The notes under the pieces are model-generated. The model saw only the letters and a program-made list of their open reading frames with translations. It did no database searches and was not told the DNA's origin. The position numbers and the translations under genes were made by a program. From assembly GCA_041484665.1 (NCBI GenBank), contig JBGPIA010000031.1:1-21945 (forward strand): a stretch of 21,945 nt of DNA, read 5' to 3'. Origin of the DNA: Candidatus Krumholzibacteriia bacterium (GTDB lineage: Bacteria > Krumholzibacteriota > Krumholzibacteriia > JAJRXK01). Positions within the stretch are counted from its first letter, which is position 1, and every line of letters starts with the position of its first letter. This document shows, piece after piece, positions 1 through 9,542 of this stretch.

Positions 1-95
1 AGCTCTTTGTCTCGCATGCCCCCAGCATCTACCACCAACCAGCCTGGGGTTTCAACGATTCCGACGGCCGCCTCAGCAGACGCCGGCTTCCTTAC

Positions 96-515
96 TCACC
101 CACCAGAAAGTCCGAAGCGCCGCAATATGTCTGGCTTCGTGACGAGTATGGCGCAAGCCAGGAAGCCGAAGTCGTTGATCGAGCTCACGACGCTCCGGCT
201 TGCCGTCCGATAGACCTGAATGGGTGACAGCTGCTCCTGCTCACGGCGAACCACGTCACCCCCGATGCCCAGCCAGGAGAGCATCTCGGCAACGCCGACG
301 GGGAACGCGACGTCGAGGCGGTCGGCCTCGCGGATGGGCAACAGGACCGGCAGACGGGATCGCTCGCTGTCGAAGAGCAGGAGGTGGCGTCGCCCCAACC
401 AGATCCGATGGCCGTACCAGTCTCCCAGCGCAGTGGTTGACGACGATGCATCCTCCTCGTCGAGTTTCTTCAACCGGCGCAGCAATGCCTGAGTGCATCG
501 GATGACAACCATCAT
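96..515 (-). CDS. DUF6933-like hypothetical protein
   Basis: 139-aa ORF with IRCTQALL...LGDWYG...LLLFDSERSRLPV...SVVSSINDF, recalled as the DUF6933 pattern; C-terminus looks shortened. Confidence 0.7.
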   Translation of the reverse strand: MMVVIRCTQALLRRLKKLDEEDASSSTTALGDWYGHRIWLGRRHLLLFDSERSRLPVLLPIREADRLDVAFPVGVAEMLSWLGIGGDVVRREQEQLSPIQVYRTASRSVVSSINDFGFLACAILVTKPDILRRFGLSGG

Positions 516-525
516 GAGTTCCGGC

Positions 526-600
526 TGTTACCGCCCAGGTTCGGCAGCGGCACGTAGCGCCGGCCGCCGAGACCTCGGGGCCGTCTGGGGCGCGTTGAAG
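526..600 (-). other. possible highly degenerate attC site
   Basis: Minus strand CTTCAAC...CAGACGGC...GCCGCT-GCCGAAC-CTGGGC-GGTAACA, ending 10 nt before the DUF6933 ATG. L'-6nt-R' geometry is right, but GTT reads GGT and L'' is missing. Confidence 0.3.
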
Positions 601-934
601 GGCGAGATGACCGATTATGAACGCCCTGACCGGGAGGCGCCGTTCGTCTGAGCCTGCCCGCCGGTGCTATTGGAACGGACCATTCAAGATCCAACCCCTA
701 GTCACGCCTCGATCCGCGATGTAAGCTCGGCGCCTCCGGCCTGCACGCATGCGCGGGGCTTGGGGGTCGTGGCTCCGGGCCGCTGGTGGATGCCCCGCGC
801 ACAGGGCCGGCCTTCGGTCTGAAGGGGAAGGTCTGGCCTTCCCATTCGGGCGAATGCCCTGACGGCATCCGCAGTGGCCAACGCGCGGGGCCCGCGCTGA
901 CGCTGACGAACCCCCTGGCCCGCAAGCAGCCATT

Positions 935-2615
935 ATGAATGAAGATCACGTTTCCAGACCAGTTTGGGTCGTCCGTGCCGGGAAGGTGGGGCAAGACGAG
1001 GAGGCGGCCCTTACTCGGGGGATGGCGATCATCGGCTTCGATCAGGTGGAGGACCTTACCCAAGCCTCATCCACGTCCGACACCGTCTCAGCGGTCCGCC
1101 GTGCGTACCCCGAGGCCGTGCCCACGACGGGTGAACCAACAGGCACGCCAGCTCTGGGCCTTCCGTGAGAAGATCCAAAACGGCGACTTCGTCGTGCTGC
1201 CCCTGAAGACGCGGCTGGGCTGCGTTGCCGTGGGGCGAGCCGCGGGCCCATACCAGTACCGCGACATCGACGGGCAGTCTCGGCACAGCCGGGCCGTGGA
1301 CTGGATCCGCCGCGACGTGCCAAGGGCCGCGTTTGGCCAAGATATTCGGTATTCGTTCGGTGCGTTCAGCACGGTCTGCCGAGTGAAGCGCGACCATGCC
1401 GATCAGCGGGTCGCGGCTGTCCTGGAAGCCGGAGTCGATCCCGGCCCATCCGAGGACGAAGCAACACGCCGCCTTGCCACCGATCAGCCCCTCCCGCCGG
1501 TCAAGGACATGCTCGAGGAGTTCGCCTCGACCTACTTCCTCGACCCCCCCGGAACCCACCGCGGGAACCTCGTCGGCAACGCGCACGCCAGCTTCTGGGA
1601 GCGAACCCGCGCCGAAGCTCGTCAGAACTGGGCGCTGGTCGAGGAGGCCCAGCGCGCCGGGAAGGACATCACCGACCTGGTGCTGCGCAAGTTGCTGCCA
1701 CACGCCGACACTCCCCACAACCGCGCGGAAGGCGGATGGATCCACATCGCGCCCGCGATTACCAAAGACGTGAAGTCCTGGTTCGAGAACGCCGCGTGGA
1801 CCCCGGCGAGTGACTGGCCCCGGGTCGCCGACGCTATCCACCGCTTCTTTCAGAGGGCGCAGGCCGACCCGTCCGCTCTGCGCGACGCCTGCGCCGAGTT
1901 CGCGGCCTCGCCCTATTCCAAGGGCATCCAGTCGGCGTTTCTCTCGCCGATCCTGAACGCGCTGCGCCCCGACGAGTACCTGCTGGTGAACTCGAAGTCG
2001 CGTCGCGTGCTAGCCCATCTGACGGGGGAGCGCTTCCCCGCCGACAGGGTCGAATACCCGGATGCCAACGACGCGCTGCGCAAGCTGGTAAACGAGCTAA
2101 CCCCTGAGTTGCAGCGGCTGGTGCCCGGACACCGTCCGGCAGACGTGCTCGACGCGTTCTGCCATTGGTTCGTCCGGATCAAGGGCTACGGACCTGGCCG
2201 GCGGCGGCACGAACAACTGGGAGAAGGGTCGCGGCGCAGCGCGACGGCGAGGCCCCCGACGATCCGGCTCGACCTGACGCAGCGCACCGATCCGCAAGCG
2301 GCTGCCCGCGTGGCCGCGTTCATCCTCCCCGATCCGGAGCAGCGCCACACCTGCCTGGCGATCTTCGCCGAAGCGATCGAGCTATCCAGCCACTACGGTG
2401 GATGGCGCTGGGCAGTGACGCTGAGGCCGCAATTCATGCGCCTGAACGTGGGGTGCGTTCTGGCCATGGAGCTGGGCGAGAAACGCGTCCGCATCGGCCT
2501 GTCGCTGCGCGACCTGCCCGCCGACGTGCGCGAGGCGCTCGACCATGCGGCTGACGCCCGGAAGTCCGTTCGTCTCCGCTCCCCGGCGGTGTTGCCTATC
2601 GCGGACTTCCGCTGA
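935..2615 (+). pseudogene. Mrr/COG4127-type N-terminal domain fused to an McrB-N-like domain; frameshifted near 1118, no nuclease or GTPase domain
   Basis: Frame from 935 (VWVVRAGKVGQDE...IGF...YPEA) continues in the 939 frame (PRRVNQQARQLWAF...GDFVVLPLK...VPRAAFGQDIRYSFGAFSTVC). Middle region DITDLVLRKLLP...HIAPAI...SKGIQSAFLSPILNALRPD recalled from McrB-like N-termini. No Walker A or QxK motif before the stop. Confidence 0.65.
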
Positions 2616-2885
2616 AATCTGGACCCCTGGCCGGCGAATCGGTGAGCACTGCCAAAGCGTGCGTACCGCATTCCGTTCCAGCGCATCTCTGAGAGGGTGG
2701 GAATGGGAACGGATGCGCGGAGGGCCGGGCGTTCGAAGCAACGGGCCTTCAGTGCGTTGCTCGGCCGGGACCGCCAAGCGCGCGTCCGGCGAGCGCGGCG
2801 TCCTGGGAACGGCGGGGGCCTTGCTGTGGCCACGCAAACCGCGTGCCCCGCGGCTCGCTGCTGCAAGAAGGGCTGCGAGAACGGG

Positions 2886-2933
2886 TTGACCGGCGTCGTG
2901 TTCATTTTTCGGCGCTTCTAAATGAGCGTCGAC
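2886..2933 (+). promoter_or_regulatory. putative abiE promoter/operator: -35 TTGACC plus imperfect inverted repeat
   Basis: TTGACC 2886-2891; arms GTCGTGTTCATTT (2895-2907) and AAATGAGCGTCGAC (2920-2933), directly upstream of the abiEi remnant. Confidence 0.45.
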
Positions 2934-3402
2934 ATTCAACTTCAGGGGCCAGCAGTTCGTGTCGGTACAGGCGCCACTCCCTGTCCGCGCCAAGCCGGAC
3001 TTCGGGGGCGGCGTCCTCGTGCGACCGCACGCGGGCGGTGAGGTCCGCGTTACGGCCCTCGAGCGCTGCCTCGTCGATCTGCTGCACGCGCCCGAGCAGG
3101 GCGGTGGATGGGAGGAGATCTGGCGCTCGCTGGAGATGGTCGAGTTCTTCGACCTGGACGCGGTCGTGGAGCACGCACTACGCCTGCGCTCCGCCTTGAC
3201 GGTTGCGCGCGTGGGTTTCTTCCTGGAGCAGCACCGTGAGGAGTGGATGGTGCAGGAGAAGCACCTGGAACCGCTGCTGCGGAGGGCTCCTGCACAACCG
3301 CGGTACCTGAGTCCCCGCCGCGAAGCCGGCAAACTCGTCGCGCGCTGGAACCTGGTCGTGCCCGAGTACGTCCTCCAGCGCCGCTGGGAAGACCCGCGAT
3401 GA
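2926..3402 (+). pseudogene. abiEi: type IV TA antitoxin AbiEi family, N-terminal HTH missing
   Basis: VRVTALERCLVDLL..P...GGWEEIWRSL...ARVGFFLE...GKLVARWNLVVP is the AbiEi/COG5340 C-terminal pattern; in-frame TGA at 2923-2925 precedes it. Confidence 0.8.
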
Positions 3403-3754
3403 CGCTCTCTCAGACTCAGCTTGCGCGCATCGCCGCGGAGACCGGCTTTGGGATCCGGTGGATGCGCAGCGACGGTTGCTACCGCTCTTGCGCGGAACTG
3501 GATCGCCGGCCCGTGAAGATCTCGAAGCTTGGACTGCACGCCTCGTCGCGGAATGCCGCGAACGGCTCTCCATCGTCCTGCCTTTCGAGCCCGAGGAGCT
3601 CGAGTTCCTCGCGCTCGTCAACGACCGAGGCGAGATCGCTCCCGATCTGCTGACCATCGAAGCGCCCATGCTGGACCGCATCCGCTCCCATCCGGCCCTC
3701 TTGTGGAAAACTTTGAATGTCAGGCGCCACGTAGGAGGAGACGGCGAAGCGTAG
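3399..3754 (+). pseudogene. abiEii: type IV TA toxin AbiEii (nucleotidyltransferase) with large internal deletion
   Basis: ATGA overlap with the abiEi stop; MTLSQTQLARIAAETGF joins out of frame near 3450 to C-terminal DPVDAQRRLLPLLR...EFL...GEI.PDLL...HPALLWKTLNVRRH. Confidence 0.75.
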
Positions 3755-3993
3755 CGGCGCGCGCTGCGTCCTCCCCCCTTGGAGTTCGGCTTCTCGATCG
3801 ATGGGGGCTCCTTGCTGAGGGGCTCTGGAGCCCGACCGCCCCGCGAGGTATCCTCGGAAGCTGTGGAGACTCCGGCGTTCGTCACGTCGCACCGCTGCTA
3901 CGACCGAGCGCGAAGTTCCGGCCGGGAGCGGCCACTGGCGGGCGGATCCCCGGCGGGGACTCGGGATATCACGGGGGGCATCTAACCCGATCT

Positions 3994-6666
3994 ATGACAA
4001 CCAGAGCCGCGATCACCAGGGCCATCGCGGAGGAGGAAGCACGCCTCCGTAGGCTGGGGGCTGAGCAATCCGAAGCCCGGGCGCGCTTGACGGCCCTGCG
4101 CGCCGGACTCGCCGCGCTACCCGCGCCCGCCCAGACTGCAGCGCCCCCGGCTTCCGCAGAGACCGTCACCCCCCCGGTCCCCTCAGCGGCTAACGCGCCC
4201 GCCACGATCGCCCCGCCCGCCGCGATCGCCCCGCCAGCCCATCCCGCCCCACCCACCACGCCCTCCGCGCCAGCCGGTTCCTCCACCAAACCCCTTCCCG
4301 TCGGCCCGCGTTCTCCCGCCGAAAAGCTCAAGCTGTTCCGGGAGCTCTTCCGGGGCCGGCAGGACGTTTACCCGACGCGCTTCGTCAGCAAGAAGACCGG
4401 TCGTCCGGGCTACGCACCGGCCTGCGCGAACAAGTTCGTTCCGGGAGTGTGTGATCTGCCCAAGGTCAAGTGCGGCGAGTGCACCAACCAGGCGTTCCGG
4501 CCAGTCGACGATGCCGCGCTCGTCGCGCATCTGACAGGCAAACACGTCATGGGCGTCTACCCCATTCTCGCTGATGAGACATGCTGGTTCCTGGCGATCG
4601 ACTTCGACAAGAGCACCTGGACCAACGACGTGCGGGCGGTGCTGGAAACCTGCCGCCGATTGGGCCTGCCCGCAGCGGTGGAACGGTCGCGCTCGGGGAA
4701 TGGCGCCCATGTCTGGTTCTTCTTCTCCGCGCCGGTCTCGGCGGCCGCAGCGCGCAAGATGGGCTGCCACATCATCACCGAGACGATGGCCAGCCGGCAC
4801 GAGCTCAGCATGGACTCCTACGACCGGCTCTTCCCGAGCCAGGACACTCTGCCACGCGGCGGGTTCGGCAACCTGATCGCCCTGCCGCTGCAGCGCGGCC
4901 CACGCCAGGCCGGCAACTCGGTTTTCCTGGACGAAGACCTCGTTCCGTATCCGGACGACCGACAGTGGGCGTTCCTCGCTTCCATCCAGCGCATCGATCC
5001 CTCGACCGTCGAGCGGATCGCGGCGGAGGCCACCCGCACGGGCAGCATCGTCGGGGTACGAGTCGCCGGGTCGGCCGATGACGAGGACGCCACGCCGTGG
5101 ACCCGTCTGCCTTCAGAAAGGCGACCCGCTCCTCGAATCACCGAGCCTCTGCCGGAACGTGTCTCGGCCGTGCTCGCCCAGCGGCTGTTCGTCGAGAAGT
5201 CGGGACTTCCGTCGCCGCTGCTGAACCAGATCAAGCGCCTCGCTGCTTTCCAGAACCCCGAGTTCTACAAGAAACAGAGCATGCGGCTCTCCACGGCGCT
5301 GACCCCGCGCGTTATCACCTGCGCCGAAGACCTCCCCCAGCACATCGCGCTGCCACGGGGCTGCCGGCTCGAGCTCGAGCGGCTGTTGCAGGAGCACGGG
5401 ATTGGCCTCGAGGTCGCGGACCAACGCGCGTGCGGTGACCCGCTCCAGTTGCGCTTCCAGGGCACGCTCACGGCTACCCAGGAGGAGGCGGCCCGAGCGC
5501 TCCTCGCCCACGACACGGGGGTTTTCGTCGCTCCGCCCGGCGTCGGCAAGACCGTAGTGGGTATCTACCTGGTCGCAGCCCGCGCGTGCAGCACAATGGT
5601 GCTTGTGCACCGCCGGCCTCTTCTCGACCAATGGGTCGCGCAGCTTGCGGTGTTCCTCGGCATTGACCCGACCGGCATCGGAAAGATCGCCGGCGGAAAG
5701 CACGCCGGCGGCAAGCACGCCCCCACTGGCCGACTGGACGTGGCAATGGTCCAGAGCCTCATCCGAAGGGACGCCGTTGCCGACGCGGTCGCTGTCTACG
5801 GACAGGTAATCGTCGACGAGTGCCACCACATCCCAGCAGTGTCATTCGAGCGCGTGCTCTCAGCGGTGAGGGCGCGTTACGTCGTCGGACTGACGGCGAC
5901 GCCCCAGCGCCGCGATGGACATCAGCCGATCACGCAGATGCAACTCGGTCCAGTCCGCTTTGCGGTCGATGCGCGGACGCAGGCCGGGCAGCGGCCCTTC
6001 GAGCACCGCCTCGTCGTGCGCGAGACGACCTTTCGCACCGCGCCCTCCATCGAGGCCCACGGGATCCAAGGGCTCTACGCCGCTCTCGCGCGGGACGAGA
6101 CGCGCAATCTGCTCATCTTGGACGACGTGATCCGTGCGCTGGAGGACGGGCGCTCACCGATCCTGCTGACCGAGCGTCGAGACCATCTGGAGTACTTCGC
6201 GGGCCGGCTTGCCGGCGTAGCCAGGCACCTTGTCGTCCTCCGGGGCGGCATGGGTGCCAAGGCGCTGGGTGAGCTCAGGGGACAGCTCGCAGCCATTCCT
6301 GCGAACGAGGAGCGGCTTGTCCTGGCGACCGGGCGCTACATCGGGGAGGGGTTCGACGACGCGCGCCTGGACACACTGTTCCTGGCGCTGCCGGTGTCCT
6401 GGAAAGGTACGCTGGTGCAGTACACGGGTCGGCTTCATCGCCTGCACCCCGGCAAGCGCGAAGTCCGGATCTATGACTACGTGGACCGCGAGGTGCCGAT
6501 GCTGATGAGGATGTTCGAGAAGCGGCTGCGTGGCTACCGCGCGATCGGCTACGCGCGGGGTGAGGCACCGCTCGCATATGCGGCGCCACGGGACGGCCCT
6601 GTGGTCGAATACGACGAGGAGGCTCTCGCGGCCCTGGACGGTCAGGATGATCTCGGGCCGGGGTAG
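3994..6666 (+). CDS. TOTE-type archaeo-eukaryotic primase (AEP) domain fused to SF2 DEAD/DEAH helicase, 890 aa
   Basis: LFRELFRGRQDVY, Cys cluster (CAN..C....KCGEC), GVYP, AEP motifs DFD and ERSRSGNGAH, GNLIALPLQ; helicase APPGVGKT, DECH, GLTATP, GEGFD, QYTGRLHR; start taken at ATG 3994. Confidence 0.9.
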   Translation: MTTRAAITRAIAEEEARLRRLGAEQSEARARLTALRAGLAALPAPAQTAAPPASAETVTPPVPSAANAPATIAPPAAIAPPAHPAPPTTPSAPAGSSTKPLPVGPRSPAEKLKLFRELFRGRQDVYPTRFVSKKTGRPGYAPACANKFVPGVCDLPKVKCGECTNQAFRPVDDAALVAHLTGKHVMGVYPILADETCWFLAIDFDKSTWTNDVRAVLETCRRLGLPAAVERSRSGNGAHVWFFFSAPVSAAAARKMGCHIITETMASRHELSMDSYDRLFPSQDTLPRGGFGNLIALPLQRGPRQAGNSVFLDEDLVPYPDDRQWAFLASIQRIDPSTVERIAAEATRTGSIVGVRVAGSADDEDATPWTRLPSERRPAPRITEPLPERVSAVLAQRLFVEKSGLPSPLLNQIKRLAAFQNPEFYKKQSMRLSTALTPRVITCAEDLPQHIALPRGCRLELERLLQEHGIGLEVADQRACGDPLQLRFQGTLTATQEEAARALLAHDTGVFVAPPGVGKTVVGIYLVAARACSTMVLVHRRPLLDQWVAQLAVFLGIDPTGIGKIAGGKHAGGKHAPTGRLDVAMVQSLIRRDAVADAVAVYGQVIVDECHHIPAVSFERVLSAVRARYVVGLTATPQRRDGHQPITQMQLGPVRFAVDARTQAGQRPFEHRLVVRETTFRTAPSIEAHGIQGLYAALARDETRNLLILDDVIRALEDGRSPILLTERRDHLEYFAGRLAGVARHLVVLRGGMGAKALGELRGQLAAIPANEERLVLATGRYIGEGFDDARLDTLFLALPVSWKGTLVQYTGRLHRLHPGKREVRIYDYVDREVPMLMRMFEKRLRGYRAIGYARGEAPLAYAAPRDGPVVEYDEEALAALDGQDDLGPG

Positions 6667-6678
6667 CCGTCCGCTGGC

Positions 6679-6767
6679 CGCGGGGTTCATCGGGGTCACC
6701 GCTCTCCGCCCTCGAGCGCGCCAAGGCTCGATGGGGCGGGCGAGGCACAGGTGAACCATGACCCGCG
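6679..6767. terminator. long imperfect hairpin between convergent genes
   Basis: CGCGGGGTTCAT..GGTCACC..CCGCCCTCGAGC pairs with GCTCGATGGGGCGG..GGTGAACC.ATGACCCGCG; no U-tract. Confidence 0.4.
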
Positions 6768-6885
6768 CAGCCCACCGCGCGTTCTACGGAGGGTCTTCTC
6801 GTGTGCCCCACCGACAATTTCGTGGGTACGTAGGCGGGCAGGCGCCCTCGGCAACTCCGACACGAACGGTTCCAGAAGGTCGCCG

Positions 6886-7331
6886 TTAGCCGCGGTGGAG
6901 CCAGTCCGCGTAACCAAGCCACAACTCGACCCGCCCTGCCGCAAGCGCGGGGACGCTGGGACGTGCTGATGCGGGGGACGGGGCGTAGATCTTTGCGATG
7001 AAGGGGCGCCGATTCCCTGCGATGAACCGCTCTACGCGCGGATACCTCGCGATGAAGTTCTGCGCGAGGTCCCGGAGGGGCGCGCGCCCTACGAGCACGA
7101 ACAGACCAGCTCCGGATGTCATTACAGCGTCGCGTTCGTTCGGCTTGTAGCGGATTCGCTGGTCGTGGGTCAGCACGAGCCAATGTCGGCGGCCACCTCG
7201 GTCAGCCACTCCTCGTCGGGCACGGCATCCTGGAAGTGATCCGTGTGCCGCTCGACGTGGATGCCAGCCGACCGCAAGAGGTCGGGAAACTGCTTACCGA
7301 GATCCCGGTCGGTGAAGAGGACGATGCTCAA
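6886..7331 (-). pseudogene. VapC45-like PIN-domain toxin, 1-nt frameshift near 7192
   Basis: TTG start overlapping the antitoxin TGA; MSIVLFTDRDLGKQFPDLLRSAGIHVERHTDHF..AVPDEEWLTEV shifts to RRHWLVLTHDQRIRYKPNERDA. Confidence 0.85.
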
Positions 7332-8032
7332 GCCGCGCGCTCATAGAGGACGGCGAGTTCGACCTCCTCAAGCGTGAGGCCATAGTCCTCGGCAACCGCG
7401 TCGACGGTTTCGTTGGCATCGATGCGTCCGACGATGGCAGACGTCGAAACCCCCTTGCGGAGGACGATGGGCCGTCCGAACGAAATCGCGGGATCGATCG
7501 CGATGCCGGTGGTTGGGTGGGCGTCTTGAACTACGAACGGATGCAAGCGCACAGGCAGCTTCGCACGATCCCAATCGACACGCTTCAGATAGGTCTCCAG
7601 CACCCTGCGCAGCGCGAGCTGACCGGACCTCGAGAGATCGATCAGCTCCCCGTAACTGGCCAAGAAGAGATCGCCGGCTCCGGTGCGGAGATCTTCCCGC
7701 AGGAGGAGGTGCGAGATGTCAAGTTCGCGCTCGGCGTAGTCCAACGCGGCGCGGACGGCCCTGATGGGGACGCCGTGCTCAGTGCGCAGGGCGCGCAGCA
7801 CATGCGCTTCGACGAGATTGGAGAAGGAAAGCCTACGGGCGCGCCGATCGGCGAGCTGGATGAGTGGATTGAAAAAGGCGCGCCCCTGACCGCGCGGGTA
7901 CGGGCGCCCCGCCACCCAGGACCGCAGCGTGGCGGGCGGGACCCGGACGTACCGCGCCGCCTCGGTCAGCCCGTAGGCCGGTACGTCGCGCGGACTGGAA
8001 GGTGAAGGGAGCGTGTGAGTCGGCCGCGGCAC
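7328..8032 (-). CDS. VapB45-like antitoxin (HTH + DUF433)
   Basis: PAYGLTEAARYVRVPPATLRSW, LSFSNLVEAHVL, IDPAISFGRP...VAEDYGL; GGAGG RBS before the GTG. Confidence 0.9.
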   Translation of the reverse strand: MPRPTHTLPSPSSPRDVPAYGLTEAARYVRVPPATLRSWVAGRPYPRGQGRAFFNPLIQLADRRARRLSFSNLVEAHVLRALRTEHGVPIRAVRAALDYAERELDISHLLLREDLRTGAGDLFLASYGELIDLSRSGQLALRRVLETYLKRVDWDRAKLPVRLHPFVVQDAHPTTGIAIDPAISFGRPIVLRKGVSTSAIVGRIDANETVDAVAEDYGLTLEEVELAVLYERAA

Positions 8033-8171
8033 GGGAAGCCTCCGTTCCCAGGGAGGTCAGGTGCTCTCTGCAATCTAGCTTCCGGGCCGGGGATTCAAGC
8101 TCCAAACCCGGGCACGAACCCCAGAGCGTCCTTGAACTAACGGTCATGTCTCGTGGCGCGCAAGCTCCTTT

Positions 8172-8558
8172 GCCGCGGAGCGCGCCGCCAGGCGACTGGG
8201 GCTTTCGCGGAGCCAGCTCCACCAGCGTGGTGAGGTCTGGTGGGCGGACTAGGTGGACCATCGCGGTTCGGAGCCTGGGTATCGACGTTCCGTGGTCGTG
8301 CTCCAATCGGATGCTTTCAATCGCAGCCGGATCGGCACGGTGATTGTCGCGGCGATCAGCTCGAATCTCGATCTGGTCGCGGCTCCCGGGAACGTCCGGC
8401 TGACACGCCGGGAGAGCAAGCTGTCACGAGAGTCGATCGTGAACGTCTCGCAGCTGCTGACCCTGGACCGCCGCTTCCTGACCGAGCGAATCTGCCGGCT
8501 TCCCGCCGATGTGATCCGTGAGCTCGAGGAAGGTCTTTGGCTGGTGCTGGGGTTATGA
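8172..8558 (+). pseudogene. mazF: collapsed ChpI-ChpK (MazF/PemK) TA module: antitoxin fragment fused in frame to toxin, with internal TAG
   Basis: AAERAARRLGLSRSQLHQR-GEVWWAD*VDHRGSEPGYRRSVVVLQSDAFN; TAG at 8250-8252; paralogous to 15958-16535. Confidence 0.9.
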
Positions 8559-8669
8559 CCCACGCCGATGAGTCGTTCCTGCAGCCGATGCCTGCTCGGA
8601 CGAGGCTTGGAAGCCGCGGGTCGGGGCGCCGCGGATTGACAGCTGCCGCATCGCCGGGTGCCGCGCACC

Positions 8670-8786
8670 TCACCGGAGGTCCCTGCTCATCCTCGGCTCC
8701 CGCCTCACCCTCACCTCCGGTTCCCACAGCTCCTCCACGATCAGGTGCACCACGCCCTCGTCTTGGATGACCCCGACGACGCGCAC
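8670..8786 (-). pseudogene. dnaE2: possible C-terminal remnant of error-prone polymerase DnaE2
   Basis: VRVVGVIQDEGVVHLIVEELWEPEVRVRREPRMSRDLR* resembles the DnaE2 terminus GVVHL.A..L...SRDF[R/H]*. Confidence 0.5.
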
Positions 8787-8904
8787 CTCCACGCGCCGAG
8801 CTGGAACCGTAGCTGCAGGGCTGGGCGGCCGCGGCCCCCGCCGCCATCCCGCGTGCCATCGTTTCGGCCCATTGGGAGTACGAGGCCTGGCTCCTTGCCG
8901 CCGT

Positions 8905-8950
8905 CGAGTCGCTCCGGTCGAGTCGTCCCGAGTCGCTCCGAGTCGCTCCG
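8905..8950. repeat. 10-bp tandem repeat CGAGTCGCTC, about 4 copies
   Basis: Units at 8905, 8919 (CGAGTCGTCC), 8929 and 8939. Confidence 0.85.
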
Positions 8951-9078
8951 GGGTTGCCGCGCCGTCCGCGCCGAAGCATCATCGCTCACGTCTTCGCCGT
9001 ACTTGCTCAGGCGGAGGGGGAGAGCACCGTCGTGTGGCCACCACCCGCGTGGTGACGAGTACTGCAGGGGGTGTCTGG

Positions 9079-9531
9079 TTGGCACAGCGCAAGGGTTCAG
9101 GAAAACCGAGCCGCAAGCAGCCCGCGGCGGCCTCACCGAAACGTCCTGGGAGGCCAGTACGCACGCTCGCCAGCGTCGTTGGTCCGCAGACGTACGCGGT
9201 GTGGGTGGAGATGCTGCGAACGCTGGTCCCGCACGGTCGAACGCATCGGCTCTCTGTTCTCGTTGCTGCCATGCTGCGGCACGCCGCCGACGTGGCTCAG
9301 AAAAGTGGACGGCGTCGTGTTGCGCGGGGCTCCGTCGCTGCTTCCCTGCTGTCTGCATCGGAGGAGGCCGACCCCGTGGCAGTCGCAGACGAGCTTGGCG
9401 ATGTGCTCGTGCGGCTGTTCCGTGACGCCCGGGTGTCAGGCCAGAGGGTCAACGCCCGGGGCGTCCCGTACAGCGTCCTCGACAGTGCCATTGCGCAATT
9501 CGTCGCTTGGGAGATGATGCCCTGGGAATAG
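9079..9531 (+). CDS. hypothetical protein, about 150 aa
   Basis: TTG start after AGGGGG; globular-looking region YAVWVEMLRTLVPHGRTHRL...QFVAWEMMPWE; start uncertain. Confidence 0.65.
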   Translation: MAQRKGSGKPSRKQPAAASPKRPGRPVRTLASVVGPQTYAVWVEMLRTLVPHGRTHRLSVLVAAMLRHAADVAQKSGRRRVARGSVAASLLSASEEADPVAVADELGDVLVRLFRDARVSGQRVNARGVPYSVLDSAIAQFVAWEMMPWE

Positions 9532-9542
9532 GGCCACAGCCG

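Noticed and set aside
2667..2717. Hairpin CGCATTCCGTTCC/GGAACGGATGCG as attC or terminator
   Set aside because: No correctly spaced AAC/GTT cores and no U-tract
3529..3993. 155-aa N-terminal extension of the primase-helicase ORF
   Set aside because: Overlaps the abiEii remnant and is low complexity; ATG 3994 is more plausible
8072..8098. Minus-strand promoter TTGAAT/TAGATT for the VapB45-like gene
   Set aside because: 15-nt spacer is suboptimal; not supportable without data
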